From: Candidatus Omnitrophota bacterium
Lineage (GTDB): Bacteria; Omnitrophota; Gorgyraeia; Duberdicusellales; 4484-171
DNA: 64,000 bases
Direction: 5' to 3'
Assembly (NCBI GenBank): GCA_021735655.1
Contig: JAIPGM010000003.1
Coordinates: 64,001-128,000 of the forward strand
A model generated the notes under the pieces. It had not been told where the DNA came from. It did not search any database and worked only from the letters and a program-made list of their open reading frames with translations. Positions within the stretch are counted from its first letter, which is position 1; each line of letters starts with the position of its first letter. Both the position numbers and the translations under genes were made by a program. Below are positions 26,915 to 36,650 of the stretch, one piece after another.

Positions 26915-29008
26915 ATGACCGCTTCAGTATCTACTTCCAAATTAGGAAAGAGTACACTTAGTTTTTCTACCGGACAGTGGGCCAAACAAGCTCATGGAAG
27001 CGTTTGTGCTTCTTTGGGTGATACTTTAGTTTTAACCACGGCCTGTATGTCTAAGGAGCCTTCTCCGGGAAGAGGTTTTTTCCCGCTTACCGTTGAATAT
27101 CAAGAAAGAACCTATGCAATGGGAAAGATACCGGGAGGTTTTTTCAAGAAAGAGGGAAGGTCCAAGGATGATGAAATCTTAACTGCCCGTCTTATTGATC
27201 GACCCTTAAGGCCACTTTTTCCTAAAGGATTAACTAATGAAGTTCAGTTAATCAACATGGTTTTATCTAGTGACGGAGTAAATGATCCGGATATCTTGGC
27301 GGTTAATGCAGCAAGTTGCGCCTTAGTTATTTCTGATATTCCTTTTGATAATCCAGTTGGCGCAGTGAGAGTTTCAAGATTAGAGAATAAGTTAATAATT
27401 AACCCTAGCTATGAACAGAGGACATCTTCGGATATGGACTTAGTAGTAGTGGGGACTGATTCAAAGATTGTGATGCTTGAGGGAGGTCTAAAAGAGGTTG
27501 CTGAAAAAGATGTTTTAGAAGCAATTAATTTTGCCCATCCATTTATAAAAGAAATCATTACTTTACAGAAGGATTTAGCTAAAAAGGTTGGTAAAAAGAA
27601 ACGTCAGCCGGAATTATCCAAGATAAATGAGGATTTACTTAAGCAGGTTAAGGTTAAGGCTAGTGCCAAGCTTGAGAAAATTTACGCCGTTGTTGATCGC
27701 GACCAAAAACATCTTCAGTCAGAGGAAGTTCTTTCTTTTTTGGTTGAAGAGTTAATAACTGAAGATTCTGAAATAACCGAAACAGACATAAAGAATGCAT
27801 TGGAAGTTGTTGAAGAAGATATTTTACGTGAAAAGATCCTTAAAGAAGGTAAGCGACCGGATGGTCGGTCGATAACTGATATTCGTAATATTGAATGTAA
27901 GGTCGGGGTTTTGCCAAGAACTCATGGTTCAGCAACCTTTACCCGCGGTCAGACTCAATCCTTAGCTGTGGTTACTTTGGGTACCAGTTCTGATGAGCAG
28001 CTGATTGAGACTTTAGAAGGAAAAGATTATAAGAATTTTATTTTTCATTATAGTTTCCCGCCTTTTAGTGTTGGTGAAGTTAAATTTATGCGTGGCCCCT
28101 CAAGAAGAGAAGTTGGCCATGGTGCCTTAGCTGAGAAATCACTAACACCGTTAATTCCTTCCAAGGAAGATTTTCCTTACACGATAAGGCTAGTTTCAGA
28201 AATTCTAGAATCAAATGGTTCTTCAAGCATGGCTTCAGCTTGTGCAGCTTCGCTTTCATTGATGGATGCTGGAGTTCCGATAGAGGAGCTAGTTTCCGGA
28301 ATTGCTATTGGTATGGTCACTAAGGGTGAGGAATATAAAATTCTTACTGATATTGCTGGAGCCGAAGATCATTATGGTGATATGGATTTTAAGGTGGCCG
28401 GGACTAAAAATGGTATTACGGCAATTCAACTTGATACAAAAATTGATGGATTAAATTTTAAGATGATTGAAGATACTCTTGCTCGGGCCAAAGAAGCCCG
28501 GGCTAAAATATTAGAGCATATGGTTAAAGCTATATCAGCACCTCGGGAATCTCTTTCTGAATATGCACCGAAGATAAAGTCATTTGATATAAATCCTGAG
28601 AAAATTGGTGCGATTATCGGGCCCGGTGGAAAGATTATTAAAAGAATTCAGCGTGAAAATAATGTTACTGTTGATATTTCTGATGAGACCGGTACAGTTT
28701 CAGTTGCTGCTCAGACTACAGCAGAATTAGAAAAAGCAGTTAGGCAAATCGAAAACCTAGTCAAAGAAGTAGAGGTTGGCGAAATCTATGAGGCTACCGT
28801 CGAGCGTATTGTTAGCTTTGGTGCCTTTTGTGAAATTGCCCCGGGTAAGTCTGGATTAGTACACGTTTCAGAGCTAGCCGATGGATTTGTCAAAGACGTA
28901 AACGAATTTTTGAAACTGGGTGACGTAGTAACCACAAAAGTAATCGGAATAGACCCTCAGGGCAAAATTCGCCTGAGTATTAAACAAGCAAAGCCAGAAA
29001 ACTCATAA
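26915..29008 (+). CDS. pnp: Polyribonucleotide nucleotidyltransferase (PNPase)
   Basis: The start is placed at the ATG just after the rpsO stop. It has two RNase PH domains, a KH motif 'IGAIIGPGGKIIKRI' and a C-terminal S1 domain. Confidence 0.95.
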   Translation: MTASVSTSKLGKSTLSFSTGQWAKQAHGSVCASLGDTLVLTTACMSKEPSPGRGFFPLTVEYQERTYAMGKIPGGFFKKEGRSKDDEILTARLIDRPLRPLFPKGLTNEVQLINMVLSSDGVNDPDILAVNAASCALVISDIPFDNPVGAVRVSRLENKLIINPSYEQRTSSDMDLVVVGTDSKIVMLEGGLKEVAEKDVLEAINFAHPFIKEIITLQKDLAKKVGKKKRQPELSKINEDLLKQVKVKASAKLEKIYAVVDRDQKHLQSEEVLSFLVEELITEDSEITETDIKNALEVVEEDILREKILKEGKRPDGRSITDIRNIECKVGVLPRTHGSATFTRGQTQSLAVVTLGTSSDEQLIETLEGKDYKNFIFHYSFPPFSVGEVKFMRGPSRREVGHGALAEKSLTPLIPSKEDFPYTIRLVSEILESNGSSSMASACAASLSLMDAGVPIEELVSGIAIGMVTKGEEYKILTDIAGAEDHYGDMDFKVAGTKNGITAIQLDTKIDGLNFKMIEDTLARAKEARAKILEHMVKAISAPRESLSEYAPKIKSFDINPEKIGAIIGPGGKIIKRIQRENNVTVDISDETGTVSVAAQTTAELEKAVRQIENLVKEVEVGEIYEATVERIVSFGAFCEIAPGKSGLVHVSELADGFVKDVNEFLKLGDVVTTKVIGIDPQGKIRLSIKQAKPENS

Positions 29009-29010
29009 CC

Positions 29011-31236
29011 ATGAAGCATCTCTCTTCTTTTCTGAAGAGTGTTACTTTATTCCTCGCTTCAATTCTGATTCTCTTCAGTCTTATATCTTACAATCCTGTT
29101 GATATTTCTTTTTTAACAGCCCCAAAAGCAGCCGCAATTACCAATCTTATTGGTATTGGTGGAGCCTATTTGGCATTCTTACTATTTTTTCTTATCGGCT
29201 ATACAGCTTATTTTATTCCGGTCTATCTTTTTTTAACTGGTTTTAATACTTTGGGGATTGTGCGTTCTACCGGTTTAGCTAGTCGAAAGACAATCAGTCT
29301 ATTTGCTTTTATATTTTTTGTTTCTTTCCTTGCGGCTTTTATTGGGGTATTTCCTCAAAGCCAGGTCGATATATTTAGTGCTTCTGGGATTATTGGTTTT
29401 TCTTTAGCTTCATTTTTTAAGAAATATCTTGGGACCCACGGCGCCTTACTTACTTTATTTCTACTTATAGCGGTAAACGCAACTCTTTTATTTGGTTTTT
29501 TCTTTGTCGATCTAGTTAAGGCAATTAAAGCTTTAATCATTAGTTTAGTTTCTTTTATTAGAGATCGAAAGGCTAATCAAGGAGAAGGACCTGAATTAGT
29601 ACGCAAGAAAAAGAAATTGATAACACCGGCTAAAATATTTGAAAAAATAAAACCGGAGATAAAAGTATATGCGCCTAAGGTTGAAACTGATTCTAATTTA
29701 ACTTCTCAGCGGGCCAGTAAAGAAGAGCTTAAGCTTAAAAGTGCTAGTTTAAGAGCTTCAGTTGGTAACAAAGATTCTGCCAATAGCGGTTTTGATCCTC
29801 AAAATGAGCAGCCGGGGAAACCTTTTGATCCGCGTAACTACAAGTTGCCTCATCCATCATTGATAAAGTTGCCCCCTTATTCTGATCAACGTCAGTCCAA
29901 AGATGATATAAAGTCTAAGATTAAGGAGTTAGAGAAAACCTTACTTGATTTCGGTGTTGAAGCCAAAGTGGTTAGTGTCCAGAAGGGGCCGGTGGTTACT
30001 ATGTACGAAGTTTCTCCTCAGTCAGGTACGAAAATTCAGAAAATTTCAGTACTCGCTGATGATATAGCTTTATCAATGAAGTCTTCGCATGTTCGGATAG
30101 TCGCTCCGATTCCTGGAAAGGGGACGGTTGGTGTTGAGATTCCTAACAGCGTAAAGAACTTTGTATTTTTAAGAGAAGTTATTGAAGAAAAAGCTTTTAC
30201 TAACGCTACCTCGAAACTCAGCGTTGCTATTGGAAAAGATGTTTCGGGGAATCCGGTGGTTGCCGATCTTACTGAGATGCCGCACCTTTTAATTGCCGGC
30301 GCAACCGGTGCCGGAAAAACCATCTGCGTTAACTCTTTAATTTCATCAATTCTTTTTAAAGCTCGACCGGATGAGGTTAAATTCATAATGGTTGATCCAA
30401 AAATGGTCGAACTAGCAATATTTTCCGGAATTCCTCATCTTATCCATCCGATTATCTCCGAAGCCAAAAAAGCATTTTTAGCTTTGAACTGGGCAACTGA
30501 AGAGATGGAAAGAAGATACCAGCTCTTGGCTGATGAAGGTTGTCGCAATATACAGGCTTACAATAAAAAAGGTAAAAAACTTCCTTATATCGTTATTATT
30601 GTTGATGAGTTGGCCGATTTAATGATAGTTGCTCGTGATAGCATTGAGACTACGATTCAAAGATTGGCTCAGCTTTCCCGGGCAGTAGGTATTCACTTGG
30701 TTTTAGCTACCCAGCGGCCATCAGTGGATGTTATTACCGGAGTAATTAAAGCTAACTTTCCTTCACGTATTTCTTTTAAGGTAGCTTCTAAGGTTGACTC
30801 GCGTACGGTTTTGGATTCAATGGGGGCTGATAAACTTCTTGGTAATGGAGATTTACTTTTCTTAAAGCCAGGCGCTTTAAAGTTAATTCGAGCTCAAGGT
30901 TCTTTTCTTGACGATGAAGATATCGAGATTCTTGCTAATTTTGTCAAAGTTCAAGGAAGGCCAGTTTATGAAGAGGCAATTTCTGAAGCTGAAAAGAAAG
31001 CTAAAACTAATCTAGGTAGCGATGAGCTATTTGATGATGCGGTAAAGGTTATTCTCGGTGCTCGTCAGGCTTCAGCTTCGATACTGCAACGAAGAATGCG
31101 GGTTGGTTATACCCGAGCCGCCCGATTGCTAGATATAATGGAGCAGGAGGGAATTGTTGGTCCGTTTTGCGGAAGCAAGGCTAGGGAGATTATAGTTGAG
31201 CCTGAGAAGTACTTAGCTGAAAGGGGTTGGTTATGA
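29011..31236 (+). CDS. ftsK: DNA translocase FtsK/SpoIIIE
   Basis: An N-terminal TM domain and linker precede the Walker A 'LIAGATGAGKT'. The C-terminal gamma domain reads 'LYDDAVKVILGARQASASILQRRMRVGYTRAARLLDIME'. Confidence 0.9.
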   Translation: MKHLSSFLKSVTLFLASILILFSLISYNPVDISFLTAPKAAAITNLIGIGGAYLAFLLFFLIGYTAYFIPVYLFLTGFNTLGIVRSTGLASRKTISLFAFIFFVSFLAAFIGVFPQSQVDIFSASGIIGFSLASFFKKYLGTHGALLTLFLLIAVNATLLFGFFFVDLVKAIKALIISLVSFIRDRKANQGEGPELVRKKKKLITPAKIFEKIKPEIKVYAPKVETDSNLTSQRASKEELKLKSASLRASVGNKDSANSGFDPQNEQPGKPFDPRNYKLPHPSLIKLPPYSDQRQSKDDIKSKIKELEKTLLDFGVEAKVVSVQKGPVVTMYEVSPQSGTKIQKISVLADDIALSMKSSHVRIVAPIPGKGTVGVEIPNSVKNFVFLREVIEEKAFTNATSKLSVAIGKDVSGNPVVADLTEMPHLLIAGATGAGKTICVNSLISSILFKARPDEVKFIMVDPKMVELAIFSGIPHLIHPIISEAKKAFLALNWATEEMERRYQLLADEGCRNIQAYNKKGKKLPYIVIIVDELADLMIVARDSIETTIQRLAQLSRAVGIHLVLATQRPSVDVITGVIKANFPSRISFKVASKVDSRTVLDSMGADKLLGNGDLLFLKPGALKLIRAQGSFLDDEDIEILANFVKVQGRPVYEEAISEAEKKAKTNLGSDELFDDAVKVILGARQASASILQRRMRVGYTRAARLLDIMEQEGIVGPFCGSKAREIIVEPEKYLAERGWL

Positions 31237-31979
31237 TTAAAGAGCTATGTCATAGGTTGAAAGAGAAGCGTTGTGCTCTCGGCTATAGCATTGAATATAC
31301 GGTTGAGAAAACCAAGATCCATCCTTCAGCGATTAGAGATATTGAATCCGGTGATCTTACTAATATAAGCCCGATCTACTTAAGGGGTTTCATGAGAATC
31401 TATGCAGAGTTTCTGGGGGTAGATTTAGGTACGGCCTTAGAAGAAATAAATTCTCTCAGTATTCCGAATAAGAAAGCTAAGTTTATCCGAAAAGTTCCAG
31501 TTGCCAAGGTAGGCCAAGAGGCTAAACCCAAACCAGCTAAGATATCACCGGAATTAAAAAAGAAAATCTTACTTATAGTTTTAGGTCTGGTTTTGCTTTG
31601 GATTTTAGTTGTAGTCGGCGGGAAAATTATTGGCGGAATAGCAAAAATATTTAAAGGTAAACCAAAACAGGAAACAATAGTCCAAACTGAGAATATAACT
31701 ACCCCCTTAGTCACTAAGGGCGAACTTTTAGTTTCTCTGACCGTTAAACGAAAGTGTTTTTTAAGGGTAGTTGTTGATGGTACATTATACTTTGACGGAC
31801 TTCTTGCTAAAGGGGCCCGGGAAAGTTGGAAAGGAAAAAAAGAGATAGAACTCAAGATAAGCGATGGTTCTGCAGTCTATTTAGAAGTGAACGGAAAGTC
31901 AATTCCCACCCTGACATCTCTACGAAAGCCGATAAAGAGCCTTAAGGTCACACATTCGGGCATCTCGGTTGATAAATAA
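31227..31979 (+). CDS. RodZ-like cytoskeleton-associated protein (HTH + single TM + DUF4115-like C-terminus)
   Basis: The N-terminal HTH 'LGYSIEYTVEKTKIHPSAIRDIESGD...YLRGFMRIYAEFLGVD' matches the RodZ pattern. A TM helix 'ILLIVLGLVLLWILVVV' follows. Confidence 0.6.
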   Translation: MVMIKELCHRLKEKRCALGYSIEYTVEKTKIHPSAIRDIESGDLTNISPIYLRGFMRIYAEFLGVDLGTALEEINSLSIPNKKAKFIRKVPVAKVGQEAKPKPAKISPELKKKILLIVLGLVLLWILVVVGGKIIGGIAKIFKGKPKQETIVQTENITTPLVTKGELLVSLTVKRKCFLRVVVDGTLYFDGLLAKGARESWKGKKEIELKISDGSAVYLEVNGKSIPTLTSLRKPIKSLKVTHSGISVDK

Positions 31980-31990
31980 CTCGTACCAAA

Positions 31991-33235
31991 ATGTCTAAAA
32001 AAAGTTTTTCGATAGTATCGTTAGGTTGTTTTCGCAATAATTATGATTCGTTAAGGTTAAAAAAACAACTTCTTGAAAAGGGCTTTAACTTTAAAGAAAG
32101 CAGCGAAAAAACTGATACGATAGTTATCAACACTTGCGGATTTATTGATTCAGCAAAGGAAGAGTCTTTAGCGGTAATTAATGAAGCCTTAGATTTAAAG
32201 CGGAAAAAAAAGGTAAAAAAAATAGTAGTTGTTGGTTGTTTAGTTGAGCGATATCGAAAAGAATTAGAGTCATCTTTTAAAGAGGTTGATGAGTGGCAAG
32301 GTGTTTTTGAATTAAAAAGTTTTTCGGCTAAACTTAAAGAAACCGAAAATGCTTATAGTGATTTTTTAAAAATCTGTGAAGGTTGCCTGAATCGATGCAG
32401 CTTTTGTACGATTCCTGATATAAAAGGACCGCTTAAGAGCCGGGTTATTTCAGATATTTTAAAAGAAGTTCGCTACCTGGATAAACATAAGCTAAAAGAG
32501 CTTAATTTAATCGGTCAAGACATTACCAGTTGGGGCAAAGATTTAAAGCCGAAAAAGGATCTGGTCTTGCTGCTAAAGAAGATTCTAAGAACTTCCAAGC
32601 ATATAGGGTGGATAAGATTAATCTATACCCATCCGCGCCATTTAACTGATTCATTAATTGAGCTTATTGCTAAGAGTCCGCGTATTTGTAAATATATTGA
32701 TTTGCCTATTCAACATATAAATGATAAAATTTTAAGAAGTATGGGTCGAAAGACAACCAAGAAAGACATCGTCAACTTGCTCTCTAAAATTAGAAAGAAA
32801 ATTCCTAACTGTGCGATTCGGACATCGGTGATTGTTGGTTTCCCTGGTGAAGGGGAGAAAGAATTTAAGGAGCTGCTTCAGTTTCTAAAAGATATCCAGT
32901 TTGAGCGCTTGGGAGCTTTTACTTATTCTCAAGAAGAAGGAACCCCGGCTTATAATTTTAAACCCCAGGTGAATCAGAGAACTAAACTAAAACGTAAGTC
33001 AATAGTTATGAATTTACAAAAACAAATCAGCGCCAAATTGAATCAAAAGTTTATCGGTCAGGAATTAGATGTTTTGGTTGAAGAAAAAAGAACTGGATTT
33101 TTCTTAGGCCGGACCCAGTTTGATGCGCCGGAGGTCGATGGAGTTGTTTTTATAAAGAAAAATAATCTAAAAATAGGCGATTTTTACAGGGCGAAAATAG
33201 TCGATGCTTATGACTATGATTTAGTCGCAATTTAA
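31991..33235 (+). CDS. rimO: MiaB-like radical SAM methylthiotransferase, probably ribosomal protein S12 methylthiotransferase RimO
   Basis: It has the N-terminal MTTase domain 'SIVSLGCFRNNYDS' and the radical SAM motif 'CEGCLNRCSFCTIP'. The C-terminal TRAM-like region reads 'GRTQFDAPEVDGVVFI'. Confidence 0.7.
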   Translation: MSKKSFSIVSLGCFRNNYDSLRLKKQLLEKGFNFKESSEKTDTIVINTCGFIDSAKEESLAVINEALDLKRKKKVKKIVVVGCLVERYRKELESSFKEVDEWQGVFELKSFSAKLKETENAYSDFLKICEGCLNRCSFCTIPDIKGPLKSRVISDILKEVRYLDKHKLKELNLIGQDITSWGKDLKPKKDLVLLLKKILRTSKHIGWIRLIYTHPRHLTDSLIELIAKSPRICKYIDLPIQHINDKILRSMGRKTTKKDIVNLLSKIRKKIPNCAIRTSVIVGFPGEGEKEFKELLQFLKDIQFERLGAFTYSQEEGTPAYNFKPQVNQRTKLKRKSIVMNLQKQISAKLNQKFIGQELDVLVEEKRTGFFLGRTQFDAPEVDGVVFIKKNNLKIGDFYRAKIVDAYDYDLVAI

Positions 33236-33249
33236 TCAATTGATAAAAA

Positions 33250-33816
33250 ATGAATATTGCTAATAAGCTTACAATCTTGAGAATATTATTGGCTTTTGTC
33301 TGTATTGGCTTTATTTTAGTTAACAGTTTTTCATCGTTAGTGATTGCTCTTATTATTTTTATCATTGCTTCAGTAACTGATTTTTTAGACGGCTACTTAG
33401 CTCGTAAGTACAATTTAATTTCCGATCTAGGAAAACTTCTTGATCCGATAGCGGATAAGATATTAATTATTGGTGTATTTTGTGCTTTTTTAGAGTTAGG
33501 AGTTGTTAATGCCTGGATGGTAAGCTCAATTATGCTTCGTGAGTTTATTATTACTGGTTTGCGTTTTTACGGTTTGAGCAAGGGGGTTGTTTTGGAGGCA
33601 AGGCGCCTAGGCAAACATAAAACCTTATCTCAAGTGATCGGGCTGGGAGTCATCCTTCTTACTCTTATTTTGTTTAAGGTTCTACCTGAGAGCAAAATGG
33701 TAATTCTTCTTTATCACTTGTTCATACCGGTTTTAATGTGGTATATCGTAGGTATTACTTTGCTTTCGGGAGTTTATTATTTTTGGGTAAACCGTCGGAC
33801 AATAAGAACCTTTTAA
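33250..33816 (+). CDS. pgsA: CDP-diacylglycerol--glycerol-3-phosphate 3-phosphatidyltransferase
   Basis: It carries the CDP-alcohol phosphatidyltransferase motif 'DFLDGYLARKYNLISDLGKLLDPIADKIL' on a multi-TM protein. Confidence 0.85.
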   Translation: MNIANKLTILRILLAFVCIGFILVNSFSSLVIALIIFIIASVTDFLDGYLARKYNLISDLGKLLDPIADKILIIGVFCAFLELGVVNAWMVSSIMLREFIITGLRFYGLSKGVVLEARRLGKHKTLSQVIGLGVILLTLILFKVLPESKMVILLYHLFIPVLMWYIVGITLLSGVYYFWVNRRTIRTF

Positions 33817-33912
33817 TCCCTCGCAGAAATCCCCGGGCTTTAGCCCGAGGGATGAATGTACATTGTTTTCTGCTCGGGAGGAAGCCTCGGTCTTTAGACC
33901 GAGGAGCTTCAC
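33813..33912. repeat. Structured intergenic repeat, copy 2 (begins at the pgsA stop codon)
   Basis: See copy 1 at 10493-10598: the core is shared and the 3' hairpin shows compensatory substitutions. A further hairpin 'agattttt-cttcg-aaaaatct' follows at about 33920-33940. Confidence 0.6.
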
Positions 33913-34018
33913 TGAAACTTAGATTTTTCTTCGAAAAATCTCTAGTTGAATTAGTCCTGAGGAGCGAAGCGACGAAGGATAATTCCTGAGTATAGGCAGG
34001 GTTTATTATTGAAGTTAT

Positions 34019-35095
34019 ATGAGCAGTAAAAAAACAGTTTTAGTTACCGGTTCTGCCGGTTTAATTGGTTCAGAGTGCGTTCTTTTTTTTGCAGCAAAAG
34101 GGTTTAAGGTTATTGGTGTAGACAATAACATGAGAAAAAAGCTCTTTGGCGACGAAGCTTCAATCCAATGGAATAAGAATTTCTTGTTGGAGAAGGTTCC
34201 TGAGTATGTTCATTATGATATTGATATTAGGGACCAAAAAAAGATACAAGAATTATTTAATCAATATAAGTTTGATTTAATTATTCACGCTGCCGCTCAA
34301 CCTTCTCATGATTGGGCAGTGAAAGACCCTAATCTTGATTTTACGATCAATGCTAACGGCACCTTAATTTTGCTTGAGAATTTTAGGAAGTATGCTCCGG
34401 AGGCGGTTTTTATATTTATATCTACTAATAAGGTTTATGGGGACAGGCCTAATAAATTACCTTTCATAGAGCTTCCGATGAGGTATGAATTACCTTTTGA
34501 TCATCAATATTACTCAGGCATAGACGAAGCTTTGAGCATAGATAATTGTCTTCATAGTTTGTTTGGTGCTTCGAAAGTAGCCGCAGATATTCTTGTTCAG
34601 GAATATGGAAAATACTTTGACTTAAAAACCGCTGTATTCAGGGGTGGGTGTTTAACTGGTCCGGCTCATTCTGGGGCTGAACTTCATGGATTTTTGTCAT
34701 ATCTAGTGAGATGCTGTATAACTGAGAAGAAATACACTATCTATGGCTATAAAGGTAAGCAGGTCAGGGATAATATACATTCTTATGATTTGGTGAATGC
34801 GCTTTATAATTTTTATTTAAAGCCTAATTACGGAGAGGTTTATAATATTGGAGGAAGTCGGTTGTCTAATATTTCGGTATTGGAAGCTATTGAGTTGTGT
34901 GAAAAAGTATCTGGCAAAAAATTAATTTATGAATATACAGATAAAAGCAGAAAAGGAGACCATATTTGGTGGATAAGTGATGTTTCAAAATTTAAAAGTC
35001 ATTATCCCGAATGGGAGATAACCTATAATATTGAAAAGATAATTGAAGAGATATTTACTCAACAGCAAAAAATTCAATATACTTATGGAACCTAA
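34019..35095 (+). CDS. Extended SDR family NAD-dependent epimerase/dehydratase (CDP-paratose 2-epimerase-like)
   Basis: It has '[12 protein letters not shown]' (GxxGxxG) and the general RfbE-like architecture. The expected '[PS]YGxSK' catalytic motif reads 'LFGASK', with F in the Tyr position. Confidence 0.65.
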   Translation: MSSKKTVLVTGSAGLIGSECVLFFAAKGFKVIGVDNNMRKKLFGDEASIQWNKNFLLEKVPEYVHYDIDIRDQKKIQELFNQYKFDLIIHAAAQPSHDWAVKDPNLDFTINANGTLILLENFRKYAPEAVFIFISTNKVYGDRPNKLPFIELPMRYELPFDHQYYSGIDEALSIDNCLHSLFGASKVAADILVQEYGKYFDLKTAVFRGGCLTGPAHSGAELHGFLSYLVRCCITEKKYTIYGYKGKQVRDNIHSYDLVNALYNFYLKPNYGEVYNIGGSRLSNISVLEAIELCEKVSGKKLIYEYTDKSRKGDHIWWISDVSKFKSHYPEWEITYNIEKIIEEIFTQQQKIQYTYGT

Positions 35096-35567
35096 AAACA
35101 AAAAAACCTCTCGATTCGATAAAGTTTATCTAATTCTAGCTACCCTTTTTGGTGTTGGCCACGTTCCCTTGGCTCCGGGAACCGCCGGCTGTCTTCCAGC
35201 AGTTTTAGTTTTTATTTTGATTAGAAATCCGGTCCATTTTTTTATTTTTACCGTAATTTCAGTAACTGTAGCTTTTTTAGTTTCATCAAGGGCTGAAAAG
35301 ATTTACGCCAAGAAAGATTGCAAATTAATAGTTATTGATGATTTTTCAGGAATGCTAATTACTTTTTTATTCCTGCCTCAAGAAATTCGCTATATCATTT
35401 GTGGATTTTTCCTTTTTCGAATGTTGGATATGCTTAAGATTCCTCCGGCAAACATTATCGAACGTTATCCTGGATCAAGAGGGGTTGTTGGTGATGATCT
35501 GATAGCCGGAATATATTCTAATCTTATTCTTCAGTCAGTAAGAGGACTGCTGGCAATTATCGTATAG
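35085..35567 (+). CDS. pgpA: Phosphatidylglycerophosphatase A
   Basis: The start is placed at the internal ATG. '[31 protein letters not shown]' is the PgpA signature. Confidence 0.8.
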   Translation: MEPKNKKTSRFDKVYLILATLFGVGHVPLAPGTAGCLPAVLVFILIRNPVHFFIFTVISVTVAFLVSSRAEKIYAKKDCKLIVIDDFSGMLITFLFLPQEIRYIICGFFLFRMLDMLKIPPANIIERYPGSRGVVGDDLIAGIYSNLILQSVRGLLAIIV

Positions 35568-36079
35568 ATTGGGCCGCTAGCGGTAAGGTTGCTTTTATAG
35601 ATAGTTATTTTTCCTACCGAGAATCTTTCTTTCAGCCGTATAGCTTTTGTTTTTTCAATTAAAAGGTCAATATTTTCCTGACTTTTTATTCGGGCTAAGG
35701 TTAGATGAGCCTTAAATTTATTTTCAATTGGAAATCCAAGCTGAGTAAGATTATTTTCTAATTTAGTAACTAAAAGTCGCAGTGGTTCTGAATTTTTTAG
35801 GTTGGTTAAGAATATTCGTGGGTTTTTTTGATTAGGAAAAAAACCGAGTCCCTCAGCAGTCAGCTCAAAGGTTTTTATTTGATCAGTTGTTTGAGCAACA
35901 ACTTTTTTAATTTCTAGCAGTTGATCTTCGTCGATCTCACCTAAGAATTTTAAGGTTAGGTGGATGTTATCAGGTTCAACCCATTTAAATTTTAGATTGT
36001 CGGTTTCTAAATCTTTCTGAATTTGGCTAAGTTTGGTTTTTAAATTTTCCGGCAGATCAATGGCGATGAAAGTTCTCAT
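35531..36079 (-). CDS. thpR: RNA 2',3'-cyclic phosphodiesterase (2H phosphoesterase, ThpR/LigT)
   Basis: It has two H-x-T/S-x motifs, 'HLTLKFLGEI' and 'HLTLARIK'. Confidence 0.8.
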   Translation of the reverse strand: MRTFIAIDLPENLKTKLSQIQKDLETDNLKFKWVEPDNIHLTLKFLGEIDEDQLLEIKKVVAQTTDQIKTFELTAEGLGFFPNQKNPRIFLTNLKNSEPLRLLVTKLENNLTQLGFPIENKFKAHLTLARIKSQENIDLLIEKTKAIRLKERFSVGKITIYKSNLTASGPIYTIIASSPLTD

Positions 36080-36546
36080 TTCTTAAGAAATATTTTGGCC
36101 AGTTCAGCAATAAGAATATTGGCGGCTTTTTTTCTTATTTGGTCTCTGCTTCCTTTTAAGATTAACTTTCTAGATAGGAGAGTATTTTTATAGCTTATGG
36201 CGATAAAAATTGTTCCGGTTTTTGTGTCTTTTTTGCTCTTTGGCCCGGCAAAGCCAACTAAGGAGGCGCCGATATCAGATTCTAGTTTTTTTCTTACTCC
36301 TTTAGCTAGTTTAACAGCAATATTGTTTGATACTCCTTGAGTCTTTTTTAAGGTACTTTTAGGTATTTTAAACAATTTATTTTTTGTATCTAGCGAATAG
36401 ACAACTAGGCTGCCTTTAAAGACTTTTGAGGCCCCGGGGGTTTTAGTCAAAAGGTAAGAGGCATATCCGCCACTGGCTGATTCGGCTAAGGCTAAAGTTA
36501 GCTTGTTTTTGGCAAGACTAGTGGTGAGTTTTTTTAGCTGATCCAT
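36076..36546 (-). CDS. CinA C-terminal domain protein (nicotinamide-nucleotide amidohydrolase PncC-like)
   Basis: 'LALAESASGGYASYLLTKTPGASKVFKGSLVVYS' is typical of the CinA_C family. Confidence 0.75.
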   Translation of the reverse strand: MDQLKKLTTSLAKNKLTLALAESASGGYASYLLTKTPGASKVFKGSLVVYSLDTKNKLFKIPKSTLKKTQGVSNNIAVKLAKGVRKKLESDIGASLVGFAGPKSKKDTKTGTIFIAISYKNTLLSRKLILKGSRDQIRKKAANILIAELAKIFLKK

Positions 36547-36650
36547 TAAGTCTATTTTATCAAAAAAGCCTGTATTTACTAGTATATATTATATTAATGT
36601 AGACTTTTCGGCCAATTTGAACGTCTAATTGTATGGAGGAGGTAATCAGG

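Noticed and set aside
33738-33989. 83-aa plus-strand ORF 'MVYRRYYFAFG...' overlapping the pgsA 3' end
   Set aside because: It is read through the structured repeat (copy 2) and the pgsA C-terminus in another frame. The sequence is better explained as the repeat element.
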